A stretch of DNA of 62,193 nucleotides, the filler included, from Diploschistes diacapsis (lineage: Eukaryota), in the NCBI GenBank assembly GCA_023645945.1. It is 20 parts of 20 records of this genome, joined end to end, with 100 filler letters (N's around TTAATTAATTAA, not from the genome) between each part and the next. Parts side by side here need not be neighbours in the genome. Positions count along the whole stretch, not along the records: positions 60,294 to 62,193 come from JALAIB010002519.1; 19 more parts are not named here. One strand, 5' to 3'. A program made the translations under genes and the position numbers. The stretch's first letter is position 1. Each line of letters starts with the position of its first letter. This document shows, piece after piece, positions 61,555 to 62,193 of the stretch. The notes beneath the pieces are model-generated. The model saw only the letters and a program-made list of their open reading frames with translations, was not told the DNA's origin and did not search any database.

Positions 61555-62193
61555 CCGTGTTTGACGGTGAGTCCGGCCACCCCCAGATTCCGGCCACCTT
61601 AAATCACTATTTTCATCTTACATTCGATTTTTTTTAACAATAATTACCTCGCATCGCAATAATTCGATTTTAATAGAATTTAATATTAACGACTATTTAT
61701 AGGCCCTAAAATTACAATAATATACTAATATTCGAGAAACTGCCCGCGTATTTAAAGTATCTTGATCGATTATTATAGATCGATTCGATAAAACTTAATT
61801 TCGTTTTAATAACCACGAAGCGATTCAAATTCTTTTAAATTTTAAAAAAAACATTAATACGATAAATTATACGTTTTATATAAATTAATTTTCTTATATC
61901 GTCTGCGTTAATAATAAAAATAATCGAAAGTTTTAACGCGAAAGAATTTAATTCGATTTAAATTTAGAAATCACGATCGCGAATCTTTAATTTATCGATA
62001 AAAATTAGATATCGCGATTTCGCAAACGATTTCTAAAACTATTAATATTTAAACGAGATAAATCGAGTCGAATAAATTTAATACATTAAGTTATAAAGTT
62101 ATATAACGGTAATTTGTTATAATAATAATTTAATAACGTGTTTCACGGTCAGCTCGGCCACCCCCAAAGCTCGGCCACCTCACAATGCAATAT
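61555..62193 (+). mobile_element. Fot1/pogo 5' part with a second pogo-subfamily TIR nested at 62136
   Basis: TA|CCGTGTTTGACGGTGAGTCCGGCCACCCCCAGATTCCGGCCACC, collinear with 45461-46020. Then TA|ACGTGTTTCACGGTCAGCTCGGCCACCCCCAAAGCTCGGCCACC at 62136. Confidence 0.83.

Noticed and set aside
1..62193. Starship captain (DUF3435), tRNA, rRNA or riboswitch
   Set aside because: No supporting motifs found by eye; a covariance-model or HMM scan would be needed to exclude them formally.

Overview
Filamentous ascomycete (Pezizomycotina-type) genomic DNA. This is an artificial concatenation of 20 contigs joined by 19 identical 100-nt spacers (44 N + TTAATTAATTAA + 44 N), so adjacency across spacers has no biological meaning. 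Contig 1 (1-24001) is gene-rich and intron-containing. Its intact-looking genes are a METTL16-type m6A methyltransferase, an RfeG-like regulator, a JEN1 carboxylate transporter and a mitochondrial PDK/BCKD-type kinase. These are interspersed with decaying accessory genes: a NACHT-ankyrin NLR, an O-methyltransferase, a SAM methyltransferase, a PTH11-like protein and an alpha/beta hydrolase. The highlight is a small, degenerating dikaritin-type fungal RiPP locus: a signal-peptide precursor with two repeats (NSRFIIY / NTRSITY) and a cryptic KR site, divergent from a UstYa/DUF3328 oxidase gene that a Tc1-derived MITE has split, next to a methyltransferase. The other 19 contigs (1900-1920 bp, in decreasing size) are mostly RIP-mutated transposons: Ty3/gypsy chromovirus pieces, several LTR families, DD34E Tc1 elements, Fot1/pogo elements and a hAT-like MITE. 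They also contain a ~600-bp TRIM with a Tf1-type self-priming PBS and Pol III-like boxes, and a chromovirus antisense ORF with a Zn2Cys6-like motif. Three gene fragments are present as well: a DHA2 MFS transporter, a BBE-like FAD oxidase and a DUF6536-type pseudogene. All assignments come from manual reading and motif recall; no database searches were run.
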